Shown here in pieces: positions 9,936-19,523 of a DNA stretch of 64,000 nt (position 1 is the stretch's first letter; each line of letters begins with the position of its first letter). Made by a program: the position numbers and the translations under genes. Location of the stretch: NCBI GenBank assembly GCA_025457915.1, contig JALOTL010000005.1:68852-132851 (forward strand). Reading direction: 5' to 3'. Under the pieces are notes generated by a model, which saw only the letters and a list, made by a program, of their open reading frames with translations, did not search any database and was not told the origin of the DNA. This stretch comes from Spirochaetota bacterium. GTDB lineage: Bacteria; Spirochaetota; UBA4802; UBA5550.

Positions 9936-11342
9936 ATGCTACAGCAGCAAGTAAAAATAATAAAAAAGATCATCATCTTTATTGACCAGGTGATCATCGC
10001 CATTTCTTTTTTTCTCGGTTGCAGATTAATTGAAATAATCCGCGACGTGGAATTGTTGGACTCATATTTTTATCTGTTAGTATTCATACTGCCCATATGG
10101 AGCCTCCTGCTTATCTTTTACGGCATGTACGATTCTCTCAGGAACATGCGTATTCATGAAATAATAATAATAATCGCCAAGGCCGGAATAACCGGCATCC
10201 TTTTTTTTGGGGGAGTCGCCTATCTGTTTAAAATCCAGGATATAAGCAGAATTCTTATATCGGTTATTTTTTTTATTACAGGCGGTCTTCTTTTTATACT
10301 TAAAATCCTTGAGGGCATATATTTCAAGTATACGAGAAGAAAAGGATACAACCTCAGAAATCTGCTGGTTGTCGGTGCAAACAGCAGGGTTAAAAGATTC
10401 ATAGAACTTATACATGAACACTCCGAGTGGGGATTCAAAATCATCGGGCTCATCGATGATGACCAGGGAAAGAAGGGCTCGTTGTACAGGGATTACACGA
10501 TCCTCGGAACACTCGATGACATGCCTGACCTTATTAAAAAAAATCTGATCAGCGAAGTGGTTTTTATCGTGCCAAGGTCGTGGCTCGGTAAAATTGAAAA
10601 GGCGATTATTTATTGCGAGATGGTCGGGATCAAGGTCCATCTCGCCATTGACCATTTTGATTTAAAAATTTCGAGGGCGTTTTTTTCAAACCTTCAGGAG
10701 TTTCCCCTGATAACCTTCAACAGCACCCCCGACAGGATGGCGCTTTTGTTTTTTAAAAGGTTCCTTGATATTATTTTATCGGGTGTCGCCCTGTTTTTGC
10801 TGTTTCCAATGCTGATAGTCATTTCAATAATAATAAAACTGGCTTCATCCGGCCCGGTTTTTTACAAACAAAAAAGATGCGGGATGTACGGGAAACTGTT
10901 CATGCTTTATAAATTCAGGACAATGGTCGACGGGGCCGACAAAAAACTGAAGGAGCTTTTACAGCACAACGAAATGAGCGGCCCTGCCTTCAAGATGACT
11001 AACGATCCGAGAATTACGATGATCGGGGGATTATTAAGAAAATACAGTCTCGATGAATTGCCGCAGCTATGGAATATTTTCAGGGGAGACATGAGCATAG
11101 TGGGCCCAAGGCCCCCACTTTTTGAAGAGGTAAATGAATATGACTGCTGGCAGAGAAGGAGATTAAGCGTTAGACCCGGATTGACGTGTATCTGGCAGGT
11201 GAGCGGCAGAAATAAAATAACTGATTTTTCCGAATGGGCCAGGCTCGATCTTGAATACATAGATAACTGGTCGCTCTGGCTGGATTTTAAAATCATGCTG
11301 AAGACAATCCCTGCTGTTATATTGGGGGTCGGTGCCAAATAG
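9936..11342 (+). CDS. Undecaprenyl-phosphate sugar phosphotransferase (WbaP/CpsE-type initiating transferase of a polysaccharide locus)
   Basis: N-terminal transmembrane segments, a central NAD-binding-like domain (VVGANSRVKRF), and the C-terminal bacterial sugar-transferase catalytic domain (FYKQKRCGMYGKLFMLYKFRTM...DELPQLWNIFRGDMSIVGPRP...PGLTCIWQVSGR). Confidence 0.85.
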   Translation: MLQQQVKIIKKIIIFIDQVIIAISFFLGCRLIEIIRDVELLDSYFYLLVFILPIWSLLLIFYGMYDSLRNMRIHEIIIIIAKAGITGILFFGGVAYLFKIQDISRILISVIFFITGGLLFILKILEGIYFKYTRRKGYNLRNLLVVGANSRVKRFIELIHEHSEWGFKIIGLIDDDQGKKGSLYRDYTILGTLDDMPDLIKKNLISEVVFIVPRSWLGKIEKAIIYCEMVGIKVHLAIDHFDLKISRAFFSNLQEFPLITFNSTPDRMALLFFKRFLDIILSGVALFLLFPMLIVISIIIKLASSGPVFYKQKRCGMYGKLFMLYKFRTMVDGADKKLKELLQHNEMSGPAFKMTNDPRITMIGGLLRKYSLDELPQLWNIFRGDMSIVGPRPPLFEEVNEYDCWQRRRLSVRPGLTCIWQVSGRNKITDFSEWARLDLEYIDNWSLWLDFKIMLKTIPAVILGVGAK

Positions 11343-11549
11343 CAATTATTGCAATTGATAAAATATATCGCCGCCCATTTTTAAACGGCTGCGGCAGATG
11401 CTTCATTGATTCTGGAAAAAAATATTCTGACGCGTGCCACTCCTTGCCTGCGAGTGCTTGCCGGCCGGCCCGAATGAATTCAGAAAAACGATTTATTGCC
11501 AAAGTGGTGCCAGTCATTTGCGGATCAAATATAGAATATATCAATTATA

Positions 11550-11663
11550 GGCACCTCTATAAATTAGATTCTTCATTAAAACCGTTGAAAAAATCTAATT
11601 TATACATTGAAGGTGCCTGCAGGGGAACATCCTGATTTGATTATTAGAGGTTACCTTATATTC
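11550..11663 (+). repeat. Copy A of a structured ~115-bp intergenic repeat (nested inverted repeats GGCACCT/AGGTGCC and AAATTAGATT/AATCTAATTT, followed by CCTGCAGGGGAACATCCTGATTTGATTATTAGAGGTTACCTTAT)
   Basis: Near-identical to 29452..29686 apart from a 109-bp insertion there. Same orientation. Confidence 0.6.
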
Positions 11664-11817
11664 ATTAAACAGGATGGATTTTTGACATCATTTTTTTAGC
11701 GCCTGCCATCCATCCAATAGGATCGGACAGTTCGGCGCCTGGCAAGATGGGATTAAACAGAGACGATTCCTTTTTTGATTTAAACCCTACAATAAATCCC
11801 GCGGTAGGGGACGGGAC

Positions 11818-13284
11818 TTGCGTTATTACACCGGTAAAAAAACCGGCAAACAATTATGGATATTGCGGATGGGAACTACTAAACTGGTATTGAAAAACAC
11901 GATTGCAATGGGCGTTAATAAAATATCAATGCCTTTATTTACGTTCCTTTTGATCATATATATTGCAAAGTTCAGGAACGTTGAGCTTCTCGGACAGTAT
12001 TCTCTTGTAACGGTTTATTATATGATCCTGCAGATTCTCCCGTTTCTCGGCCTTGCGCCGCTGGTTGTCAGGGAAATGTCCAAACGGCCGTACGAGAGAG
12101 ACCTGTATCTGTCTAACCTGTCCCTGCTCGTAATCATTTCTTCCGTGGTTCTCATGCTTCCTCTCTGGCTGATGATCGCTTATTTCGATTATCCATACGA
12201 GGTCAATCTCTCGATTTTCGTTGTGTGTCTTTCTGTTCTTCCAAATAGCCTGGCTTACGTCTGCGAGTCCGCGTTCATTGCCGCAGAAAAAATGGAGTAT
12301 ATCGCCGTAATAATTTTTATTGAAAATTTAATCAGGGTACTGATCAGCATTTATCTGCTTCACGAGGGTTACGGTTTGAAGGACCTTTTCATAGTCCTTC
12401 TTTTTTCGAAGATCGCTGTCTTTTCGGTTTATTTTTGTCTATTAAACAGGGCCCTTGGAAGATTCAGGTTCATTTTTAACAGGGAAAAGATATCCGATCT
12501 GCTCAGGCATGCCAGTATTTTTTTTCCATCGACGATTCTTTTTTTGATTTTCAGCAGGGGGGACCAGATCCTACTGTCCAAATTGACGTCATTTAAAAGC
12601 CTGGGGTATTATACTGCCGCATACAGGATAATCGAGGCTGTTTCATTATTATCTTCCTCGATAATCGTAGCGAGTGCGCCTACCATATCGCGTTTTTACC
12701 ACAAGTCGCTACAATCATTCATCGAGCTATGCAGAATCGAAATGAAATACATTATACTCATCCTGTGTCCGGCAATGGTTTATCTTTTTTTCTTTTCCGA
12801 GTGGATAATAAGGATTTTATACAGCAGTGCCTACCAGGCTTCCATCCCGGTACTGAAGATACTTGCTTTCTCGGTGCTTTTTTCGATCATGGATCAATTC
12901 TTTTCCATAATACTGATCAGCTCTGATAACCAGAAAAACGACCTCAAGGCTTCCATTGCCGGATCTGCGACGTATCTCGTTTTACTGTACATATTGATAT
13001 ATAAATGGGACATTGTGGGATCGGCAGTGGCGACCCTTTCGGCGCTGGTTTTTCAGTCTGTCGTCAGATATATCTTTATTTTCAAAAATATAAGCGGGAT
13101 GAAAATAATAACCGGTCTGTTTAAGCCGGTATTCTGCGCCGCTGTTATGTTTTTGAGTTTTTATTGTTTATACGGTTATGGATATCCTGTCGCCATAGCG
13201 GCATCGGCAGTGGTTTACGTTTCGATGCTGTTTATTTTAAGAATCATATCTTTTAAGGAATTTTCGGCTTTATACGCAAAATAA
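11818..13284 (+). CDS. wzx: Polysaccharide flippase (Wzx / MOP-superfamily oligosaccharide flippase)
   Basis: Approximately 12-14 predicted transmembrane helices and a typical Wzx polytopic pattern. Positioned right after the initiating transferase. Confidence 0.7.
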   Translation: MRYYTGKKTGKQLWILRMGTTKLVLKNTIAMGVNKISMPLFTFLLIIYIAKFRNVELLGQYSLVTVYYMILQILPFLGLAPLVVREMSKRPYERDLYLSNLSLLVIISSVVLMLPLWLMIAYFDYPYEVNLSIFVVCLSVLPNSLAYVCESAFIAAEKMEYIAVIIFIENLIRVLISIYLLHEGYGLKDLFIVLLFSKIAVFSVYFCLLNRALGRFRFIFNREKISDLLRHASIFFPSTILFLIFSRGDQILLSKLTSFKSLGYYTAAYRIIEAVSLLSSSIIVASAPTISRFYHKSLQSFIELCRIEMKYIILILCPAMVYLFFFSEWIIRILYSSAYQASIPVLKILAFSVLFSIMDQFFSIILISSDNQKNDLKASIAGSATYLVLLYILIYKWDIVGSAVATLSALVFQSVVRYIFIFKNISGMKIITGLFKPVFCAAVMFLSFYCLYGYGYPVAIAASAVVYVSMLFILRIISFKEFSALYAK

Positions 13285-13285
13285 T

Positions 13286-14452
13286 ATGAAAACGGATTCT
13301 TTTCGTCATACAATAGAACTTATCAGATCGGATGCAGGAAGGTGTTCTGATGCCGGGAACCGGACCCGCCGGGGTTTCCTTTTTATCATCACAAGGACGA
13401 ATCTTCTTGCGGTAGCCCTATACAGGGTGTCGCATTATTTTCATGTTAAAAATCATCCGGCTATGGCAAGGTGCCTGCAGTCTTTAAATTCTTTTTTAAC
13501 CAAGGCGTCAATAGATTATGAAAGCAAAATAGGTTCTGGTTTATACATGGAATCCGCGGTTTTTTCATTTTTAAGCGGCAATATCGGCTGCAATGCTACA
13601 ATCGGGATGCAATCAGGCGTTTTTAAAATTGGCCGCTCATGTCCGGATATAGGGGATAACGTGATATTGGAATCAAGGGCTGTCGTCGGCGGATCGGCCG
13701 TAATCCCTTCCAATAAAACAATAAAGGGCGGCACGCAGATCGTGGATCATGCCAAAAAAGGCGATTATCGGTCCCGCAATGTGAAACCCGGAAAGTCAAT
13801 GAATTCATCAATTTCCCTGAATACTCAATCAAATTCAGACATGCCGGATCATGGATCAATGAGTATTTCCGCGACCTTCAGTCTCATCTACTCGGACGTG
13901 CAAAGATACGCGGAATACATCCGGCCACCTGTTGAAAAATTATCCTTTTTAAGAACGATGAAGATCCTTCTGCTGCCGAACGTCCTGGCGGTCGCCCTTT
14001 ACAGGCTTTCAAGGTATTTTTATCTGAAAAAACGTTCCATGATCTCAAGGATTATATGGAACACGTCATTATTTTTAACCGGCGCCGACATCAATCCTAT
14101 CAGCGATATAGGAAAGAGATTCCTCCTGGTCCATTCAGCTGGCACGATAATTGTCGGCAGGCTCGGTGAAAATTGCATTGTATACGCTCAATCCGGGATA
14201 GGCAAACTCAATAGCGATCTTGATATCGGCGCGGGACCGGGTCTGCCCTGGATAGGAGATAACGTGAGCATCGCGGGCAGGGCGGCAATAGCCGGCCCGG
14301 TCAGGATCGGCAATGGCGTTAAAATCGCGCCGTTTTCATACGTGATATCCGATGTTCCTGATGATGTACTGGTCTCCGGCATACCGGCCGGTATCATAAG
14401 GGCCAAAAAAGGCCGGAAGAATAACCAGAGAAAACTGAAAAGCGGTAAATGA
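13286..14452 (+). CDS. Hexapeptide-repeat O-acetyltransferase with an internally duplicated serine-acetyltransferase-like module
   Basis: Two consecutive modules. Each begins with a SAT-like helix, LLAVALYRVSHYFHV in the first and LAVALYRLSRYFYL in the second. Each is followed by left-handed beta-helix hexapeptide repeats (IGSGLYM...IGCNATIGMQSGVFKIG and IGKRFLLVHSAGTIIVGRLGENCIVYAQSGIGK...IGDNVSIAGRAAIAGPVRIGNGVKI). Confidence 0.65.
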   Translation: MKTDSFRHTIELIRSDAGRCSDAGNRTRRGFLFIITRTNLLAVALYRVSHYFHVKNHPAMARCLQSLNSFLTKASIDYESKIGSGLYMESAVFSFLSGNIGCNATIGMQSGVFKIGRSCPDIGDNVILESRAVVGGSAVIPSNKTIKGGTQIVDHAKKGDYRSRNVKPGKSMNSSISLNTQSNSDMPDHGSMSISATFSLIYSDVQRYAEYIRPPVEKLSFLRTMKILLLPNVLAVALYRLSRYFYLKKRSMISRIIWNTSLFLTGADINPISDIGKRFLLVHSAGTIIVGRLGENCIVYAQSGIGKLNSDLDIGAGPGLPWIGDNVSIAGRAAIAGPVRIGNGVKIAPFSYVISDVPDDVLVSGIPAGIIRAKKGRKNNQRKLKSGK

Positions 14453-15714
14453 AGCGATCGGATCGATTATTACTTTTTTTCTTTTTTCTCATAATTTTTT
14501 ATGCAGGATATGGTACGGCCTTATCCAAGGAAATTGACGTGATTCTGGGATCCGGGATGGAATACAGCGATAATATATTTAATTCATACCTGAACAAGAA
14601 AAGCGACGTCATTACGACAATGAACACGCAGGTAAACGCATATCTGAACAGGCTCCATTATCAGCTTATGGTCAATTCCGGGTTCGATTATCAGTTTTTC
14701 TGGAATCATCCGGGAATAAATAATCTGAACGCCAGAGGCAGCCTTTTATTCAAGTATGACATCAACAGCACGAGCCATTTGAAGATCGCGGACAACCTGA
14801 TGTACGCGAAGCAGCAGACCCGGATTGAAGAACAGATGGGCGTTGTAACCGGAAGGAACAGGTTTATTTCAAATAACTTTTCCCCGAAAATCAATTGGGG
14901 GTTCACTGAAAAAATATCTGCAGAGTTTTCTTATGCGAATGAACTGTTCGATTCAAAAGACATCAATCTCTACAGCAGTTACATGAATCAGGGCGGGTGC
15001 AAAATCAATTATGATTTTAAGAATTTCGGCAAGGAGAAGGACAACGTATATCTCGGATATAACTACATGAGAAGGACTTTCAGGAATTTCGATGATATAA
15101 ACGGGGACGATATTCTCGCGGGGAACGGCCAGGTGATCTATAAAAGCTATATGAATCTGAGATACCATGATTATGGCGAAGTAGAAATGCATACGGTCAC
15201 CTTCGGCGGGGGCATGGTTTTTTTCAAACAACTTACCGTGAGTCCGAGTATAAACGCCCAGTCGGGAATAAAGATCAACAAGAAGAATTTTTCTGATCTT
15301 GGTGCGGCAATAAAGTTTAGCTATACCATGAACGAAATGACGTCATTCAGCATCATGTATGAAAAAAGGAGGGACATAAATTCCTTCGTCAATTATGTAT
15401 ACGGTTATAACATGGTAAATATTTCCGCAACAAGATGGCTTGACAAAAAGACACTAATCTCGTTGATTTTGTTTTTGAGCAATGTCAAGTATGAGGGGAT
15501 CAGGTTCTCCAACCTGTTGCAGAAATATTCCGTCGAAATGTCCCATGATTTCACTGAAGACCTTAAGGTTAAGCTCGCGTATTATCTGGAAGTCGTAAAT
15601 TCCAGAAATTACGGTCTGTACATGAGTACAACCGATATAATAAGGTACAAGGGCCAGGTGGACAACCGGTATCTGAAAAACACTGTATCTTTGGAAGTCT
15701 CTTATAAAATTTAA
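14449..15714 (+). CDS. Predicted outer-membrane beta-barrel protein associated with the polysaccharide export genes
   Basis: Signal peptide (LLLFFFFLIIFYAGYGTALS). Alternating-polarity strands rich in Y/N/F, with the C-terminal ...LEVSYKI. Overlaps the upstream acetyltransferase by 4 nt and lies immediately before the Wza-like gene. Confidence 0.45.
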   Translation: MKRSDRLLLFFFFLIIFYAGYGTALSKEIDVILGSGMEYSDNIFNSYLNKKSDVITTMNTQVNAYLNRLHYQLMVNSGFDYQFFWNHPGINNLNARGSLLFKYDINSTSHLKIADNLMYAKQQTRIEEQMGVVTGRNRFISNNFSPKINWGFTEKISAEFSYANELFDSKDINLYSSYMNQGGCKINYDFKNFGKEKDNVYLGYNYMRRTFRNFDDINGDDILAGNGQVIYKSYMNLRYHDYGEVEMHTVTFGGGMVFFKQLTVSPSINAQSGIKINKKNFSDLGAAIKFSYTMNEMTSFSIMYEKRRDINSFVNYVYGYNMVNISATRWLDKKTLISLILFLSNVKYEGIRFSNLLQKYSVEMSHDFTEDLKVKLAYYLEVVNSRNYGLYMSTTDIIRYKGQVDNRYLKNTVSLEVSYKI

Positions 15715-15731
15715 TTTTCCCGGGTGATCAT

Positions 15732-16292
15732 ATGAAATCAAAATCCAGGTTAATGCTGACGGTATTGTTAATTATCGCCTTTTCGGCCGTTCTGAACGCC
15801 ACGGAAGACTACATCGTCGGATCGGAGGACATGATAGAGGTCCTCGTGCTGGATCACCCTGAATTCAACAGCGTCAGCACCGTCACTCCCAACGGAAATA
15901 TTCATGTTTCGCTCCTGGGTTCGATCAAGGTCGCCGGGATGTCGGTAAGGGAGATAAAGGACAGGATAACGCAGCTTCTCATGCGGGATTATCTGAAAAA
16001 CGCTTTCGTCACGGTCAACGTCAAGGAATCCAGGAGCAGAAAATTTTATATATACGGAGAGGTGGTCCATCCCGGAGCGTATGTCATGAAAGACAACATG
16101 ACTCTCCTGAGGGGAATTTCAATGGCGGGCGGCCTCAACAAGTTCGCTTCGCCCAGGATAAAAGTTTTCAGGCAGGAAAACAATAAAAACACCATAATCA
16201 AAATCAATGTCGACAGGATCATAAGCGGGAAGGATACGGACATCATCATTCAGTCCGGCGACGTTATAATTATCGAGGAAAAGATTTTCTAG
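15732..16292 (+). CDS. wza: Polysaccharide export outer-membrane protein (Wza/KpsD-like, Poly_export plus SLBB domain)
   Basis: Signal peptide and the Poly_export motif YIVGSEDMIEVLV...PNGNIHVSLLGSIKVAGMSVREIKDRI. The SLBB domain YIYGEVVHPGAYVMKDNMTLLRGISMAGG follows, ending DVIII. Confidence 0.8.
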   Translation: MKSKSRLMLTVLLIIAFSAVLNATEDYIVGSEDMIEVLVLDHPEFNSVSTVTPNGNIHVSLLGSIKVAGMSVREIKDRITQLLMRDYLKNAFVTVNVKESRSRKFYIYGEVVHPGAYVMKDNMTLLRGISMAGGLNKFASPRIKVFRQENNKNTIIKINVDRIISGKDTDIIIQSGDVIIIEEKIF

Positions 16293-16372
16293 GGATGATC
16301 AAGCAGTCAAGCGTTGTCCGGCATGTTTCATGATGTTGGAATAATCATATAATTAATCAGCCAGGGTGCCGA

Positions 16373-17980
16373 ATGGATTTAAATTTTAAAAACAAGACTT
16401 TTTCTGATTATCTGAGGATAGTTTTCGACAGGGGTTACCTGATAATAATCCTGTTTTTACTTACGGAGACGGCGATTTTTTTTCAGAATATTATGATTCT
16501 GCCGAAATATGAATCCACCGTAAAATTGCAGGTCGTCGCGCAAAAGGAAAAAGAAATAACGCTGTCGAAAGAAACATGGTATCTCAGGGGGACCATAGAT
16601 ATCGCCAGGACTCAGATTGAACTGGTCACCAACGACAGCATTATTAGGGAGGTGGTCAAGCTCCTGAATCTCGATGTCAGAAAACGGCCCAGGGACCTCA
16701 TGAGTTTTATTTTCGAGATAATCGAGGATATCGGGGATTTTTATTACTTCGTCGAGGACTGGGTCAAAGAGAACATACTTAACAAGAAAGTGACCAGGGG
16801 CCCTAAACCGAGCGCGTTTGTCAGGGAAGTCGAGAGGATCAAGGACAAGAATCTCATAAAGGTAAACGCCCTTCCGGAGACGGATATAATTTCCATAAAA
16901 TCCACGGACTATGATCCGGTCATGGCCGCTAAAATGGCCAATTCGGTGGCGATATGCTACATCATACAGGACATGAAGAACCAGCTTTTCGATCTTACCC
17001 GGATTTACAGGAGCAAGCATCCAAAGATAGTTGAATTGAACAGCAATATCTGGGAAACCTACGCAAAGCTAGGCAATATAGCGCAAAACAAGGATATCGA
17101 AATTCACATGCCTGGGAACATCAAAATTGTGGAAAAGGCATTCCCTTCACTTAAACCCGTGTCGCCCAAGAAAGTGCTGAACCTTTCTCTCGGCGCCGCG
17201 ATAAGCATTTTCTGTGGCCTGTTCCTCTGCTTTCTGATCGACTTTATTGATCAGACCGTAAAACACGCAGATGATATTGAGAGATACCTGAAAGTATCCT
17301 CTCTCGGATCGATACCCGTCATAAAAAAGAACGAGATGAAAAAAGGGAATTACATATACGACAGGGAGTTTTTTTCAAACATCGGCATCGAGGTATATAC
17401 CCATGCAAGAAAAGAGAACCGTTCAAAACTCCTGATAACAAGTACGGGTCCGGAGGAGGGGAAATCACTTCTCGCCTACAACCTCGCGTCGGTTTTTTCA
17501 AAAAAGATGCGCCTTAAGGTCGCGCTGGTTGATATTAATTTCGTCAACCCCAGGCTGCATGTCCTGTTCAACACCGATAACTCCGTTGGCCTCCTGGACT
17601 ATTTCAGGAATGAAAAAACCCCTGATGAGATATTGAAAAAGACTCACATGGAAAATGTTTTTCTATTGCCTTGCGGAATACCTTCCTTTGATCCCCATGT
17701 TATCGTTCCTCACAAGGAGGTAAAAAAGCTCCTTGCCTTTCTAGAGAAGAAATTCGATTATATAATAATTGATGGCTCTTCTTTCGATGAATTTTTTTCC
17801 CTGATTCCTTTCGCCCAGGAAGCAGACAGCATCATACTGGCCATACGTTCCGGTTTTATAAGAAAGCATTCCATCGAGAGGTTTATAAATATTCTTAGAA
17901 AATACGATCTGAATATTCTCGGGGCGGTTATGACCTTTAGAAAATACAACATACCCGGTTTTATTTACAAGCGGGTTTAA
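16373..17980 (+). CDS. Polysaccharide co-polymerase (Wzz/Wzc-like chain-length determinant) with a C-terminal P-loop ATPase (BY-kinase-like) domain
   Basis: N-terminal transmembrane segment, a periplasmic coiled region and a second transmembrane segment (LSLGAAISIFCGLFLCFLI). The ATPase domain carries Walker A ITSTGPEEGKS and LVDINFVNPR. Only two Tyr fall in the last 15 residues, so a classical Tyr-cluster tail is absent. Confidence 0.7.
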   Translation: MDLNFKNKTFSDYLRIVFDRGYLIIILFLLTETAIFFQNIMILPKYESTVKLQVVAQKEKEITLSKETWYLRGTIDIARTQIELVTNDSIIREVVKLLNLDVRKRPRDLMSFIFEIIEDIGDFYYFVEDWVKENILNKKVTRGPKPSAFVREVERIKDKNLIKVNALPETDIISIKSTDYDPVMAAKMANSVAICYIIQDMKNQLFDLTRIYRSKHPKIVELNSNIWETYAKLGNIAQNKDIEIHMPGNIKIVEKAFPSLKPVSPKKVLNLSLGAAISIFCGLFLCFLIDFIDQTVKHADDIERYLKVSSLGSIPVIKKNEMKKGNYIYDREFFSNIGIEVYTHARKENRSKLLITSTGPEEGKSLLAYNLASVFSKKMRLKVALVDINFVNPRLHVLFNTDNSVGLLDYFRNEKTPDEILKKTHMENVFLLPCGIPSFDPHVIVPHKEVKKLLAFLEKKFDYIIIDGSSFDEFFSLIPFAQEADSIILAIRSGFIRKHSIERFINILRKYDLNILGAVMTFRKYNIPGFIYKRV

Positions 17981-17993
17981 GGGTATCCGGTCC

Positions 17994-19523
17994 GTGTTAT
18001 TCTTTAATCGCAATAAAAGAACAGTGCCTATTGCTGAATACTTTCTCGTGCTGCTGTTCGCCGTCCTGATTTCGGTCGGAGTGGTCGTCCTGACGCCGGT
18101 TTCATTGAAGTACGTCCTAGCCATAATCCCGGTGCTTATGGGAATGGTCATCGTTCCGCTGTACCCGGAATCGGTATACTACGGCCTTCTGACGATCATA
18201 CTGGTTTTCGAGGAATATCCCGCTGAAATCGTGGAGAGCATGAGATGGCAGAGAACGGCCATATATTCCCAGTCGATTTTCATAAAGGGAATATATCTCC
18301 TGGACGCGATATTGCTTTTTCTCGTGGCATACTTAATGATCAAGATTTTTTTGAAGGAAAAAGACCTGTCCATATTAAAGAAGAATAAATTTATAGTGCC
18401 GATCATTATTTTGATATTCATCATATTGCTTTCAATACTTGTTTCCCTGATGGAAAATCCGAACTTCATGCAGGAGATTTACGATATAAGCAAGATAGGT
18501 TTTTACATGACCAAGGAAGCGGCGAACATGATATCCTTCCTGCAGATCAAGGTTTTCTTTTATTTTGTCGTAACTTTTCTAATAACGATTTTCATCCTGG
18601 ATTCAAAGGAGAAAGTCGTCCGGGCCATCTATTTCATAATGATAGCGGCGGCGGTCCACGTGGCCAGAGGGGTGGCCAGGTTTGCCGGAAGGATGTCGGA
18701 ATTCCTGAACAACATAGCGCCGCTTTTTTCAGATACGGCTTCCAGTTTTTTCTTTTCGATGCTGATATTTTTTCTGCTGTCGATGCTTTTATTCGATGTT
18801 ATTAAAATGAATTACCAGCGTCTTATAGCTTTAGGATTCATACTTCTGTCGGCGTTGTGCATAGTGGTTTCCTTCAGGAGGACTGTTTGGGCCGGTTTCC
18901 TGCTTTCGGCGGTTTTATATTTTCTTGTGCTTCCAAAGGACAAGAAGTTCATACTGTTTATGTCGTTGAGTTCATTGACGTTTATTCTTCTGATAGCCCT
19001 TGTGCTGTCCGGAGGACTTGACATAATAATCAGGGCAATAGAAGGCAGGTTGCAGCAGACTTCGATGGTCGACATCTCATCGCTGGTCAGGTACAGCCTT
19101 TATATGGATATGGCCTGGAGGGTTTTTACTCTGCCTCCCCTGGGGTACGGCATATTGCCCCTGTGGAATTTCACGCTTGAGATGCCATACTCGCTGGCGT
19201 TCAACCTTGAAAACATACACAGCCTGTATTTCTGGCTAATGCTCAGGTTCGGGGTGATAAGCCTGCTTGTATTTTTCATTTTTTGCTACAGGTTTTTTAA
19301 ATACTCTTACATTGTTTTCAAAAAGAGCGATGACGGTCTTTTTAAGTCCGTGGGCCTGACTTTCGGGACGTCTTTTATCGTCATCCTTGTCAGCGGGGCT
19401 GCGCATCCGATTTACGGTGAAACAAGGTTTATGATTTTTCTGGGAATCATGACGGGCATACTTATGAATGTTCTATTAATAAATGAAGAGAGGGCAAAGG
19501 AAAATGAAAAAGGACTTGCTTGA
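17994..19523 (+). CDS. O-antigen polymerase/ligase-family membrane protein (Wzy-like)
   Basis: About ten or more transmembrane helices with a large loop, the typical Wzy/O-antigen-ligase topology. Sits between the Wzc-like gene and the modification genes. Confidence 0.55.
   Translation: MLFFNRNKRTVPIAEYFLVLLFAVLISVGVVVLTPVSLKYVLAIIPVLMGMVIVPLYPESVYYGLLTIILVFEEYPAEIVESMRWQRTAIYSQSIFIKGIYLLDAILLFLVAYLMIKIFLKEKDLSILKKNKFIVPIIILIFIILLSILVSLMENPNFMQEIYDISKIGFYMTKEAANMISFLQIKVFFYFVVTFLITIFILDSKEKVVRAIYFIMIAAAVHVARGVARFAGRMSEFLNNIAPLFSDTASSFFFSMLIFFLLSMLLFDVIKMNYQRLIALGFILLSALCIVVSFRRTVWAGFLLSAVLYFLVLPKDKKFILFMSLSSLTFILLIALVLSGGLDIIIRAIEGRLQQTSMVDISSLVRYSLYMDMAWRVFTLPPLGYGILPLWNFTLEMPYSLAFNLENIHSLYFWLMLRFGVISLLVFFIFCYRFFKYSYIVFKKSDDGLFKSVGLTFGTSFIVILVSGAAHPIYGETRFMIFLGIMTGILMNVLLINEERAKENEKGLA

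Noticed and set aside
11444-11635. 63-aa ORF (and 29458..29640 on the minus strand) overlapping the repeated intergenic element
   Set aside because: The two repeat copies are conserved at the nucleotide level, but the reading frames are not. Orientation and frame differ between copies, so the conservation is not protein-coding.
11550-11663. Possibility that the repeat is a known riboswitch, for example a c-di-GMP class
   Set aside because: No match to the consensus cores of the riboswitch classes I can recall. In copy B it is placed 3' of a gene rather than in a 5' leader, which is also inconsistent. Left as an unclassified repeat or structured element.
14449-17980. Exosortase/PEP-CTERM-type EPS system suggested by the beta-barrel, Wza-like and Wzc-like gene order
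   Set aside because: No exosortase (EpsH/XrtA) gene and no protein with a PEP-CTERM sorting signal is present in the window. The ordinary Wzx/Wzy-dependent interpretation is sufficient.
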